Position numbers and translations under genes: made by a program | Shown here: positions 24,669-37,599 of the stretch, one piece after another | Position numbering within the stretch: the stretch's first letter is position 1 | Layout: every line of letters begins with the position of its first letter | NCBI GenBank assembly: GCA_011109175.1 | Contig: RDEW01000036.1 | Span: 65,583-129,582, forward strand | Direction of reading: 5' to 3' | DNA length: 64,000 bases | Source of the DNA: Dicyema japonicum | Taxonomy: Eukaryota > Animalia > Dicyemida | The notes under the pieces: generated by a model | What the model was told of the DNA's origin: nothing | The model's input: the letters and a program-made list of their open reading frames with translations, nothing else | Databases searched by the model: none

Positions 24669-26780
24669 GTGGATGTGGATATTCTCGAATGCCTGAACCG
24701 TGTTATTAATGCTTGGATTAATATCAATCACCCAACGTCGATTGATCAAATTTCTTCTATTATTTTTGCTGGTGCCTATCAAACTCTTAATACAAAGGAA
24801 TTTGAGCCCTCAAAATGGATGGAGGATATGACTAAAAAAATTGAACAATGGAGATCACATTCTGTTTTTATTAATAAGTTTTTTACGAAGACTCTTTCTA
24901 CTGACGAGAAGTCTGTGGCGTATCATGTTTTGTCGATAGTTGGATACAGGAAAAAACAATCCGGAGAAAGGACCAGAATTAAGTTTCTTATCCAAGATAG
25001 GATTAAAGTCATGGAGAAAAAAAATATTGACATTTGAATCGAAAAGGAAATTTTGTATGGACCAAATGTTCGAATTGAATAGAAGGTACAGGAACTTGAA
25101 TTCAGGACAAAATAATATTAATATCTCAATTGATAATGAAAAATGCGCAGATTTTTGGGAAGAATTATGGAAAAGAAGAGTCTAAATTCGGAAAGTTTTA
25201 ATATCGGAAAAATAATGACTGGTGTTGAAAATGTGTCTTGAATTCTCGAAGAATGTGTTTGAACGAACGATTCAGTATTTGCAGAACTGGAAGGCCCCAG
25301 GTTGTGATGGGATCTACAATTTCTTTTTTAAGAAATTTAATTCGCTGCATGAATTTATCCATCCTGAAATGCTTAGATTTTAAACGGAGGGTACGTCCCT
25401 GTAAACTGGTTTTTACTGGAATTGCGTACTTGATCCCAAATTACGAAGCGCCACAGTCTCCAAAGGACCTACGCCCTATTACATGCATGTCGTCACTCTA
25501 TAAACTTATGACAAAGTGTGTCAATGCCAAGTTAGCGGATTATGTGGAAGCGTTTGGCCTTCTTTCTGAAAGCCAGATGGGAACAAGGAAGAGATGTCAG
25601 GGTGCTAAAGAACAGGCACTAGTCAATTAATCACTTAATAAAGTAGATGGTGGTGGATTATATTCTGCATGGATTGACGTCAAAAAAGCATTTGACTCGG
25701 ATGACCACAACTTTTTAATGGAAGTCTTTAAAAAATCCGGAATCCCTGAATGAATTATGAAAGTTTTGAGATTACTGATTATGCATAGGAGAGTAAAACT
25801 AATGTTTAATAATGAAAATATTGATGATATTCAGATTGAAATGTGAATTTTGCAGGAAGATAGTCTATCCCCCATGTTAATTGTCTTAGTGCTTGACCCA
25901 TTTAGTCGTTTATTGACATATAAGTATCCAAAAGTCTCCGTTTTACATGATGATCAGTCTGTCTCATCATTCTCAACTAATCATCTTTTATTTATTGATG
26001 ATTTAAAACTTACTTCGACTAGTGAAGATGTTAATTTGTACTTCAGTGCTGTGGGGCTGGAAAGGAATCTAGAAAAGTGCTACAAATGTCTTGTTGTTAT
26101 CAGATGAAGCCAAGTTGTTAGAGGGAATGGATGGATATAAATACCTCGGTGTATTGGAAGGTCTTTCCGGACAAATTCAAAAGCCAGAAATGTTAAAAAT
26201 AATTTCTTCGCAAATAAACCAGAGAATTGAAAAGTCGGTGAATACCAAACTAAATGCAGTGAATTTGTTTAAGAATATTAACGAGCAAGCTCTGCTTTAT
26301 ATAACTATTATATTGGACTCATTAATGTGGAACCCTGTGAATACGATTTGATTGACTCAGCTATCCACATTGATTAAACATCGAGTCAATCAAGAAATTA
26401 CCTTGTGAGAGGGCTACGCTCAATCTCTCTTCTAAGTGAGAATATGTTATTTGGATTTTTCATGTTTTGAAACTCAGAAGTACTGTTTACAGTAGAAGTG
26501 CCGCAATTCTTAAAGCCGAAATTTCAGAGAAAACACATTTGACATTAATTGAAGAATTTCTAAGGCACAAGTATTCTGTTTGCGACACTTCTGAGTTATA
26601 TACAAAATTGATATCGAACATGCAAAAAGATGGTTTAATGAATCAAATAAGATTGAAGAGTCTTCATTCCGTTATTTATAAGTTGTTGGAGGATTATGTG
26701 AATATGGAGCATTCCTCTCATTGACTTCTAAAAGAGAATAACTCCACAAGGTCGGGAGCATTATTCTGCCTTATTCAAAA
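24669..26780 (+). mobile_element. R4/Dong/NeSL-like (RLE-group) non-LTR retrotransposon, degenerate
   Basis: WKAPGCDG, DLRPITCMSSLYKL, AKEQALVN, WIDVKKAFDS, QEDSLSPM, NHLLFIDDLKL and YKYLGVLE. Confidence 0.88.
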
Positions 26781-27089
26781 TAGGAAAACGAAAAAAACCC
26801 GAATTTATATAGCGCTATTGTGTACGGTGATTTTGGAAAATTTGGTTCTGTCAAAAATCAAGATTTTTTCCTGGATTTATCATTTCAATGCGGTTATAAA
26901 AAAGAGGTCTACTTCGACACATTTATCAGCCTTGACCAACTTTATACGATTTGGTTTTCCCATGACCAGGAAAATACATCAGTACTATAGTTAGACTGCA
27001 TCCCGTGTTGGACGCCTCTTAAATAAAAGACAAAATTGAGGTTGTCGTAGGACTTATTAAGAAAATCAAATTTTCAGAGAATATGAAAG

Positions 27090-27160
27090 GCAGGGTCTCT
27101 GACTGAACGTAACGTTGATGACATCGGATCTGAAGGTCGTGGGTTCAAATCCGAAAGATG
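27090..27160 (+). repeat. tRNA-derived SINE head relic
   Basis: B-box GGTTCAAATCC at 27142-27152 in GGTCGTGGGTTCAAATCC context; cloverleaf incomplete. Confidence 0.35.
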
Positions 27161-27917
27161 GAGTTTTCATCGAAGGTCAATTCTTATCAAACAGATGTCA
27201 CCTTTGAGGCGACGAGTCCTTCTGGCATGACATAGTAGTTAAAAGGGATCTAACTACCTTTCTCCTTGACCAAATACTTTGATGAAGATTGCATTATTAA
27301 TACTATTCCGCTAAAGAATGAAGTGATTTCCGCGACTATAGAAAGTGGGACTAAAATGGAAGAGGGCGGACCTACTTCTCCACCTCTCTTTGAAAGCGGA
27401 AACGTGTAGTGAAATATAAAAAGATGGAATTGGTCGGCACACGCAGATGTTCTTTCATTGGTTCCTAACTTGAATTAGTTAGTGACTGTTTGTGCTTGGC
27501 TTACAATGGTAGGCATGGGGTTAATAATACCAATAAAAGGCAGTGCATATCAAATTGGACTGAGGAGAATATTTTCGAGAATAGAAATCGTAAGATTGAA
27601 TCATAATTTGCAGAAAACAGTACAAATTGTAAGTAACCTCTAACATTGACCGACAAATCATCAAAAAGTTTACCACAACCGCCTCGAATGAGTGCAGAGG
27701 CTTCATTTTGACAACTTAGACAACATCAACCTGACACACGGCTTTATTCGTTCTTATTTCGAATTTGGATACTGATTATCTCGATTTAGTTGAAACAAAT
27801 GTGTTTGATTTTTTGCAATTCTGGTACTTTAATAATTTTTGCACACATTCTATATTATCGAATCATATTAATTATTATTCTATATGTTTAGTTTCTGATA
27901 GATTCTATCTTCAATTA

Positions 27918-28012
27918 TGGACCGGACGAGATTCGAACCCGAATACTACATGCCTTCGACAATTTTTTTGTTTAGAACTTTGTTATCTGACTTCTTCCGC
28001 TACCTCGCCCAT
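27918..28012 (-). repeat. Degenerate tRNA pseudogene or SINE head
   Basis: T-arm CGGG-TTCGAAT-CTCG, A-box-like GGTAGCGGAAGAAG, mismatched acceptor stem, no credible anticodon arm. Confidence 0.35.
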
Positions 28013-28099
28013 GTTTACAGAAAGAAGGAAGACAAATGCTTTCACCCATCATGAACTGATGTAGATATTTCGTCGATAGATGTAAGTTGTACGAATGAA

Positions 28100-28933
28100 G
28101 ATGAAATGGAAAAGCTGACAAAAGTGGTGTCTCAACCCTTTTCTTTCAAATAAGTTGTCATGTCGGGCATGTTGTTCGTGGTCATCCAGAGGTTTGTAAT
28201 CCTACCATAGTTACTTCCTTCATCGCATTTGCCTCGTGCTGTTTAGAACGCTTTGTAGACAAGAGAATGCGTTAACACCTTTAATATCAACCATATTGCT
28301 CCACGGTGGCTCATACAAAGGTTGAGTACAAGCCAGATACAGATTTATATTCGCATTGAGTTGTTGTCCAAAAGTGTTTTGAACCCTGAGCCATGCAGCT
28401 CACTTGTAGTGCCCATGTGTGCAGATATTAATCTAATTTCTATTTGATTGCCCGAATGGTACTGGCACGAAGTTTAGGTTTGTCCTATTTTCTTTAGCAA
28501 AGAATTTTATCAAGTCAGCCTGATATCCATGTAGGTAGTGTAATACTGGCAAACGATTAGCGTCCAAAACAGTAAAGATGCGATAAATCATTTTAAATGC
28601 GAAGTATGTGAGTAATATGTATAATGCCTTATGAAAACTAGGTTAATTTTGTAACCAATTCCCATTAAACCAAAAATAAATTATGCCAACTGATTATTCA
28701 TCCCAGACGAAGATGGAAAATAACGCACATAACTATCATCTCTTGAGACTTTGATTCAATTTTAAATGAGAAAATTTCCCTCTAAAATCTAAAAACATAA
28801 TTACCTCGTTTGAAAATAGTGAAAAATTTTTTCGAACATAAATAATCTGATTTTCTCCAGATTTTAGTTGTTTCCTAGACACGTATTCGTTTTTCAGTAT
28901 AGTTCTACCTTTAAGGGAGGAATTAACACTCAT
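28100..28933 (-). pseudogene. Possible glycosyltransferase-like (O-fucosyltransferase-type) remnant or gene
   Basis: YVRYFPSSSGMNNQL resembles the G.NNQ sugar-nucleotide motif. An in-frame TAA follows and the exon structure is unresolved. Confidence 0.2.
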
Positions 28934-29269
28934 TTTTTATATAAACCCATTGAAGTTAGATTCTAATATACATAATAAAGTACCAGCTTTGTACATGACA
29001 CGTATATTCGAAAATATTATACGGTTTGAATTTTCCACTGAATCTCTCGAGGCACTAATAGAAATTGTGTTATTTTTATTTCCTAATATTGAATAATTTT
29101 TAATTACCACAATTATTATGTGGAATTATTATTGAATCGACAACAAAAAATAAAATCCACAAAATTGCGACATACATTTGATTTAAATTTTATTATAATT
29201 TAAGTGAAATTTGGTTCGCCAATAAAAAATATTTATCTGTTAATAATTTTTTTTAAATATTTATTTTAT

Positions 29270-32110
29270 TTTTTTAACAATTAAACAAATGTCAGTTGAG
29301 GAAGCCTGCTGCGTGGATTGCGACGAGTTCCCTCAGAGTATAGCCATTCCAATCTTTTGTCTTAGCCATAACCCTTCTCGTTGATCCCTTTTTATTTTGG
29401 AAAGCATTCCTCCGAGTTCTCGCAAGAATTCAGCCGTCATTGGACCAACGGCTCCTGATGATCGGTCGCAACGGGAGTAAATCGGTAGCGATCCTCGAGG
29501 CAAGAATATTTCTTGATTTTTAGGTTCTCCGCAGTCGAAGCAGATTTATCAGGTGTCTGAACCGATTTGTATATATTCGTGCTTGAGAACATGTCTACAC
29601 AAGTTGCGTCACAGACCAAAGATCTTCCAGACGTGAAGGGGAAAAGAGTCATCCCGTCAGGTCTCTTTCCATCTCCTCGATCAAGACCCACTTGTTCTAG
29701 CTGTGCTGGGAAGTTTGTAGCCTTCAGAGCTCTGACGTTCACATCGTTCAGAGCAGCATGACGTGGTCCTCTTCCGGCGCTTCTTCTGCAGGACAGCGGG
29801 TACAATCCCTTCGCATCTAAAGTTTTCCCGCCTCGGCATCGGTGCTCCTGGCAAACATCTAGTCCCAGCCTTTGTCCGATTAATCCTCAAAGAATCGTCG
29901 TCCAAAAAGGTCGCAAGGTTTGGGCAAGGTATTGCACCAAGCCTGCTCCACTCCCTCTACTTGAAGCTGACACCAAACAAGCCAGACGATATTGATTTGC
30001 TTTTTTTAGGTCTTCCAAAATTTTGGAGCAGACAATGTTATCCCAATTACTTTGTTTTGTTGTGTCTTCGAGGATTTTGAGTCCGGACCCGTTCCATTTC
30101 CGACAAGTTTCGTCAAATGACTCATTCCAGCGAAGTCTAATAGTGTTGTGAGGACTTGCCGTGTCAAATGGCTGCAGCTTGAGAGAGACGATAGATATGC
30201 CGGGTATGCAATCTCCAGCGCCGATCTTAGACCGACACCCCCAAATCCAGAGGAAAGTTTACATTGCTTCCAACCAAGTTCGTAGAAGCGGACGTTGATT
30301 AGTGACTCAACAGTATGTTTGAGAGATTTGTCTATCGAAAGTAGACTTTCGTATTGTTCGTAGCAGGGTGAACATCGGAGTAGATATAAAAGTATGGGTA
30401 GTCCGATGTTGTTTCTCATCAGGAAGAAGGATGTGTGAGAGTTGAGACATGACAATCTTTTCGCGAGGCGTGTTAATTCTTCATGTTAATTCGGAATGTA
30501 GATGGTTCTTAAGTTTTTCTTCGCTCAGTGGGCATCCAAGGAAATATAATTTATCAACTGGCACAGTCGGGATCCCAGGAAGCAGTTCGTTAAAAAACTC
30601 CTTAATAAAGAGGAAGTCGGTGTATGGATATGAGATATTTATTAGCTCTGATTTGTTAACATTGATGTCCAAGTCCAAGTGTTTTAAAGCGGGTAACGCT
30701 CTACGTAATGAATTGTATGTTTCCTTTAATCATCATCAGGTAGAGATTTAGCTGAGCATCAATTGATCTTCCTACATCATCAATGGTTAGGGCATATTAG
30801 AGAGGTCCGAGCGGATCTCTTGTTGGACCCCGTTTTTGATTTAATAATTTCATTTTCAAAAACCAGAGACGTATCATCCCCATAGGATAATTTGACAAGA
30901 GGGAAAAACTTTGGAACTACAGTTCATGTAGCCTCACATCCGTTCTTGATACTAACACCCATTTGTTTAGGAAAGAACTCCTCTCCAATTTGTCGGCTCA
31001 CCAGGTTCGATGCTACCTTTGCTGCAAGTCTTCTAAAATAGTTTTCGACCGCAATGGGGCGGATTCCTCCATTGGGTTTTTTGAAAGCAAGTAGCATGGA
31101 AGGAGAAGAACAATTCTCTGGCATATTCTGGGATGTCGCCGTTAACCATTTTTCTGATTAGGTCCGTAATTCGAAAGCAAGACAACGTCCAGGTTTCGAG
31201 GTGTAAGTGGACGTAAGCTCCTTAATATGGCCAGGACGTAACCTTTCCAAGCCTGCACCGCTGCTAGCGGCGAAGGAAGTTATTCCATGGTGTACTTCGG
31301 ATTCGGTAATAATAATCTCCGGGGTTCCTTCAGGATTCAAAAACTTTTCATAGTCAGTCAGTGCATCTGGGTGCTTCAGTATTAAAGTATTTAGGTCTTC
31401 GGGGGGTCAAGACAATACTGTGTCATCAGACGTGATAACCCGTAAGGCTGCCCGCACGTCGCCCTCCAGAAGTTTCCGGTTTACTCTCTCCTTTAGTTTG
31501 TTGGGAGCATCTTTGGTGTATGCTCCTCGACCTCATTGACATTAAGTCGCTGTTCAAGTATTGCGTGTATGTTATGACAGCTAAATTTCATTATGTTTCG
31601 TTTCAGTTTCCCGGATAAGTTGAGTCGGGAGTTTATTTCTTTATTATTATCCTCAGATTCCTTTGTAGGTACTCCGAGTGCGACAGGTGCAAAGCATATA
31701 AGTTTTAGCCAAAATTCCCAACTGTCAGAGGATATTGCGTGATCAATGGCATCTGAAAGACACGTTGCTGCGGCAATTCGTACTCCTTTAGAGATTTTTA
31801 CTGGGACTTTCCGGAGGTTCAAGATCTTCAAGAGAGTGTGGTCTGTATGTGGCAGTGTAATGTTTGGCTGAGCTATTTTTTTCCCGCCTCCATTCCAATA
31901 CAAGAGGGGACAGCCAACTCGACAGCGTCTCGGCTCAAGCTTTACTCATTTTTGTGCAGCCCAAGTGGACGAATGATTCACATGGCGTGCAGTTAATTAA
32001 AAATTTCCTGATATTCGATTGTCCACATACGAGACATACCTGATTTGTCCGTACTGGCTTTGTTCCACGTTTTTTCTTTCTTTTTTTTTCGTTCTTTATT
32101 TTTTTATCTG
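29270..32110 (-). mobile_element. CRE-clade non-LTR retrotransposon, near full length: PHD finger, RT, RLE; degenerate
   Basis: 5' C..C..C..C..H..C..W.C PHD pattern. RT motifs GLERLRPGH, GGIRPIAVENYFRRLAAK, Q.GV....GCEA, QQ.DPLGP and FLGCPL. RLE motifs SCRRSAGRGPRHAALND, DGKRPDGMTLFPF and CDATCVD. A-rich tail at about 29270. Confidence 0.92.
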
Positions 32111-32289
32111 AGATTATCGTTGATCACACCACACCACAATTTAGGTAATATTTGCCAAAAATTTGTTTATAATTAAAAATCAAGTTATAATAGGGCTTTA
32201 TTTTGGCCTGCACTTTTTTCCTCATGACTATCCTCACTCAAGGAAAAAGGCCTAGATACGAGTTTGGACAATTGAAAACTTGTCCGACG

Positions 32290-32530
32290 GAAAGATAACA
32301 TTCATGATTTCTCCTCCGAATATTTACTTGCAGGCCGAGGTTTAACATCGCAGGAATAGTGATTCCATTCGTCGATATTCGAGGCGTCCCTACCGATCAT
32401 TCCGTCGTCGATGTACCATATTTAGGGGACGAGATCTTCTTAATAATGTCCTCAATAGTAATGGAAAAAGGAGAGGATCACCTTGCTGAACACCTGACGA
32501 AGAGTCGACAATGTGATCACTAGGCGACCG
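32290..32530 (-). mobile_element. CRE-clade RT fragment
   Basis: SSSGVQQGDPL..ITIEDIIKKISSP..WYIDDG (frameshifted). Confidence 0.7.
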
Positions 32531-34029
32531 AAAAGTTGCTCTTAAATAAAAAAAATTGACCTTAAAAATAAAAATTTTTTCTAAAAATAAAAAGTTACCT
32601 AAAAATGAAAATTTGATTTAATTTTTATTTGTTAAAACAAATAATTATATTAAAAATTGACACATTAATAAAGATAACCGATTGGTATGCTTTAATATTT
32701 TCTAGTATAAGAACATGAATTATCTAATTGAAATCACTTATTTTGGTGCCATTTTTATTTAAATTATTCTTTTATGTTCGTTCAGATGCTTTGTTAAATT
32801 TCCTGATTCATTTCTTCTAATTTTTTTCCGGATGGTAGTACCTTTTTATCGGTTTCTTCGTTTCACGAATGCGCGTGCATGCAAATTGAGAGTAGGAAGA
32901 ATTTGTATATTAGAAATGAATAAAAATCTTGTCCGCCCTTAGAATGGCTGCACTGATAATTTTCGCTGCTTTAACTATCAGCTGTTATGGTAGTGGAAAT
33001 CCAATAATCAATTCAGCATTAACGAAATTTCGGATGCCAGTTTACTGGATTTCTCGAATATTTGAATTTATTTTAAATAATATTATGAGAAACTTATTGA
33101 CGGGCATGTTACTAATAACAGAACATAAATAACACTTTTTATCTTTTGGTTTAATTCACTTAATTTCTTTTTTTATTTGCAATTTTTGTCTATTTTTTTA
33201 ACGAAGTGATCGAATACGAAATATCTATAATTGAATAGACATTAATGCACTGGATCGTCTCAAACAAGTTGAGGTCGAAGAGGCAACGATATGACTTTCT
33301 TGCAGAAGAGCTATCAATCTATATGATTCTCAAAGAAAAATAATTACAATGGTTATCAAAGTTTATTGTTTGAACATAAGATTAGGCTCTCTGATCAATC
33401 CAAACTTGAGGATATGGCATCTTTCTAATCAATCTTTTATGTAATTTACTATGAATTTAAACTGAAAATAATAATCCTTAGTGAACACAATAATAAATTT
33501 ATCGTTAAACTGTTAATGATGAGATAACACATTCGGGAAATGGAGAAAATAACTTTCGCTTAAATCTAATTGATATCACGTTTTATAAAGATTAGGATTT
33601 TTATAGTACGGGGTTTGTTTTGATGTCACCAGAAATGATTAATAGGGTGATCACTAATTAAAATGAGTAGGACCAGAAGAGATCCGTCCAAGAATGAAAA
33701 TCTTTTAAAATTGGGGAGAGCTAATGATTCTTTCCTTAAATATATACAGCCCCGTGCAAATGTTACCACCAGGGTCAAGTAATTCATAAGATAAGCAAAA
33801 ATGTTACTTTTATTTGACAATTTTTATTATTTTAAAAAGCAAATATGCTTTTAGCCAACCTAATCAATTTTTTATTTTTTATTTCATCCCTTAAAAATGG
33901 TATTTTTCCACTTTTTTTTTAATGAAAATTAACCGTGCATATGTTTTCACCTAAAAAAAGATATATCTGAAGTCTAGTATTAATTATTTTATTTTTAATT
34001 TTTTTAAATGTACAATAAAATAAAAAAAA

Positions 34030-34465
34030 CGTTAAATGCCTCAGTTGAAAATCGTTATAAAATCATATTTTTTATTGAAAATGGGACTTCGATTTCTAAA
34101 GTTGATAGCACTCTCGGAATTCCCAGAAGTACAGTTCGTTAATTCCATAAGCGCTATATTGAAGAATATGGATGCAATGATAGACCTAAATCTGGCCGGA
34201 AAAAATTTATGTCGGCACGATTTGAAAGAATTCTCGTCCGAAATTCAGTGTGCAATCCCAAAAAACATCTAATCAGATCCGAACATACTGTGCTGTTTCT
34301 CATTTTGTTAGTAATTAAAAGAATATTACGTCAAAATAATCTTTTCGGGCGAGCATGGTTGCTTACTGAGCTTCAAAAAAAAAAAGAAAATTGTGGTGCA
34401 AAACTAAAATACTCTTCGAATGGAAAAATGTAATATTCAGCGATGAGTGTCGAATTTCATTGTAA
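34030..34465 (+). mobile_element. Tc1/mariner transposase fragment
   Basis: HTH ENGTSISKV..LGIPRSTVR, RPKSGRKK, and first catalytic motif WKNVIFSDECRI. Confidence 0.8.
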
Positions 34466-34788
34466 GTAACATTGAGAACAATCAAAACTCTGTTCTGGTA
34501 AGACACCATGCTTTAGTTATAGTAATTTGCCTTATATTCTAAAATTTGAGTTGGATTGTTGAATCTTAAAAAAAACAAAGTATTGTCAGTGAATAATGAC
34601 TGAGTGCTTATTTCGTTAGAAAAATTAGAGCATCGTCTTCAACGTCAGTAGTAATATATTTTTTAATCAAGCTAATTTCAGATTTATTTTTTTAACTTTT
34701 ATAAAATAAATTATAAAAATGATAAATTATTTTACAGTGGATTGGCAAACCAAACTTTATAATAGATATTTGATAAAAGTAGGTAATA

Positions 34789-35870
34789 ATGATCTACTTT
34801 ATACTTTTTCTGATTGACCTTACTTTCCAGGACGTAAAACATTTAAATCATCAAAATTTCGATGAAGTTTATAGAGCTGATTGGTATATCGTTGAATTCA
34901 GTATATATTTTCTGATAATGATTATAGCTAAAAGTTTATTTCATTCAAACCTTTATCTGTTGAGCTTACGTCGTCAATTTCACATACTTTCTGAAGAACC
35001 GACACAGCAAAGAATGAAGTTTGGAATTGTGGACGCGAATCATAATGAAATTTTAATCAACAAATTTGGCATCAGAGAAATTCCAGCATTTGTCTTATTT
35101 AAAAATGGGAAATCGTTGAAATATATTATCGTTAGCTCATAATTTAATTTATTTTAGGAGAAATAAATATTGATAGTTTAAGAAATTACCTTGAAGACAT
35201 AACAGGTCAACATTGGCTGAGTAAATTCAACTATAAAGATATATTTCAGAGGAATAAAAAAGTTGTTGTTATATTGGTTAATAAAAAATCACATAAAATA
35301 AATGAATTAACTAATTTAACAAAAAATGTTGAGAAGCTTAAAGATGTAAAATTGTAATTTTATTTTAGGTGGAAGTCTGCTTTTTGGGAGGGGAAGATAA
35401 TCATTACGTATTTTTATCAAGATTTTTCAAAGTACATCATTATCCCACCATGGTCGCTATCAACATAGGAGACGACAAGAAAGTCAGTCGTTACCTTCCC
35501 GTCAATAATAACTTTACTCATAAGAATGTAATTGATTGCATTAATAATATCCAAATTCTAAACTCAGCGTAATTTCATATTTGACTACAATGTAGAACAG
35601 TAAATCCTACCTATATTGGAATATACATACCGTCGAAGATATCTCGTGGAGAAACTTTCAAGGATTGTTAGACCTGACTTGTAATGATTAATATTATTTC
35701 GTTATAGTTGAAACCAAAAATATTTCTACGTGACTTCTCAGACTTTGGATAGCTTGGTTTTTCTTTGGGGATTATTTTTGGATTTGAAAAATATTGAATT
35801 CAATTTCTATTATTATAATTCATACTTGAATTTTTCAGTGAAATTAGGTCAAACCGTTCTCATATTTTAA
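34789..35870 (+). CDS. Secretory-pathway thioredoxin-fold protein (PDI/TMX-like, no CxxC seen)
   Basis: Hydrophobic N-terminus, LNHQNFDEV..WYIVEF, FGIVDAN..KFGIREIPAFVLFKNGK, and a second Trx-like FKVHHYPTMVAI. Micro-introns present; 3' end uncertain. Confidence 0.6.
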
Positions 35871-36430
35871 CATTCTTATGAAACTAAAATTGAGGTAACC
35901 AAAAAAAGAAATCTCGATTTGGAATTGTTCATTTGGTGTTAAAGCAAACTGGGTGAACTTCGTTAATTATCAAAGTTATTTCGAAGGAAAAAATTACAAA
36001 ATAGTGCTGTATCGAGAAAACCGCCTGGAGCTGTTTCTGTATGCAAATCTGTGAGGACGTCACATCTGGAATTTTTATAGCCACAATTTTTGGGAACAAG
36101 AACGATGAGGTAGAGTCAATATTGAGAATCACACGAGATCTATCCTTCATGGTTCTCGACTTCTGAATATGATTATAGATCTCCTTAACATCTAAAATGG
36201 GAGCCATCAAAATCTTAACAGCCTATACCTTCAAATCGACGGGATCTATCGGATTGTCGACAAAAGGCTCTGAGATCTTCCGCCTCGAATTCAGGAAAGA
36301 CAAAATATTTAGTGATCACGTTATTGCCACTTAAACTTTTGATATTGTGATCATTACTTTGTAGAATCCGATTAGCCCGTCCGAAATAGAGTTGAAAATT
36401 TGTTTTTACGTGTTAATGATAACGACCTTC
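35845..36430 (-). CDS. Hypothetical intron-containing protein
   Basis: A 93-aa ORF extendable through GT-AG introns; no recognised motif; start unresolved. Confidence 0.3.
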
Positions 36431-36559
36431 ATTAATTAGTTAAGAATTAACCCCTTATCGAAATATATCATTTATACAAGGGAGATAGAAGACTCTGTTC
36501 TAATGGTTTTAGTTTGTTCATTTGCAGAAGATGCATTGCTTGTCGGTTTGGGTTCAATA

Positions 36560-37170
36560 TTATTTATGTGTCAATGGTACATGAAAGGCCGCCGAGGTGC
36601 TTACTGCAAACGCTTGGACACATATCCTCTTTCTGTTAGGGGGAGACAAGATGTCTCCGTTGTGTAGAAAAACACTACCAAACTTGGTGTGAAGAGACTC
36701 CTGGGAGCATAATAAATTTAATCAATTGTGGTTCGACCGGACATTTTGACAGATGTGGTGGATGTCCGGTCGCCAAAAAGACTGAACAAGTCAGGAGAGA
36801 GAGAACGAAAAACGATAAACAGGCGATAACAGACGATTTTTGGATAAGGTGGACAGCAAAAGATAGTTACGTTCAAGTCGGTACATAAAATACCTTGAAA
36901 ATTCAATGATGGAGTACCACTAATCTATCAGAAAGATATATACGGAAATTCAGGAAGGTCACCCGAATTCTGAAGGGAGGCTTAAAGATAGTGTAGTGAA
37001 TGCTCGATCACTTACGCCGGACGACCCAAATTATTTTTCTTATCAAGGAGGGGACTTAGTATCGTCAGCTCTATTATCTATGTGGAAAAACCAAGAACGA
37101 TATGGGATATCGCACGGAAGCTGCGAAGATTGATGTAAAAATCCCAATGCAGATTGTTCAGTCTTCCATA
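36560..37170 (+). mobile_element. LINE (I/Jockey-type) ORF1 zinc knuckles plus start of ORF2, degenerate
   Basis: RPPRC..CKRLGHISSFC, TRCLRCVEKHYQTWC and NCGSTGH knuckles, followed by VNARSL (APE start). Confidence 0.6.
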
Positions 37171-37599
37171 AATCTGAGCGAATCTAAAATTTTCGAATAA
37201 TTAAAAATATGAATAACACTTTCATGCATTTTTAGGATAATTAGCACAAAATCTCTAATTTTGATAATAAGCAACATTGACTTAACTCGCCATTTTGTTT
37301 CAGTGGTGTTAATTAATTAATTAATTTTTTGGGTGGTGTTAATAATCGTGACCGGTTTATACGAGCCGTTATGACGTTATACGTGGCGTTAAAGCGTTAG
37401 AAATCAATAATTTTTTAATGAAAATAAATCAATAAATTAATTCCTATTTTATAATGATTGTAATTTTAATAATTTATATTTCTCACAAATTTTTATTTTT
37501 AACGGCTACATCAGATAGAAGAGTAATAGATTTTTGCTCAGGCTTGTTTTTGTATTTTGTTATGAAGGTTGTCTATTTTACTCTGCTATAAAAGCAAGA

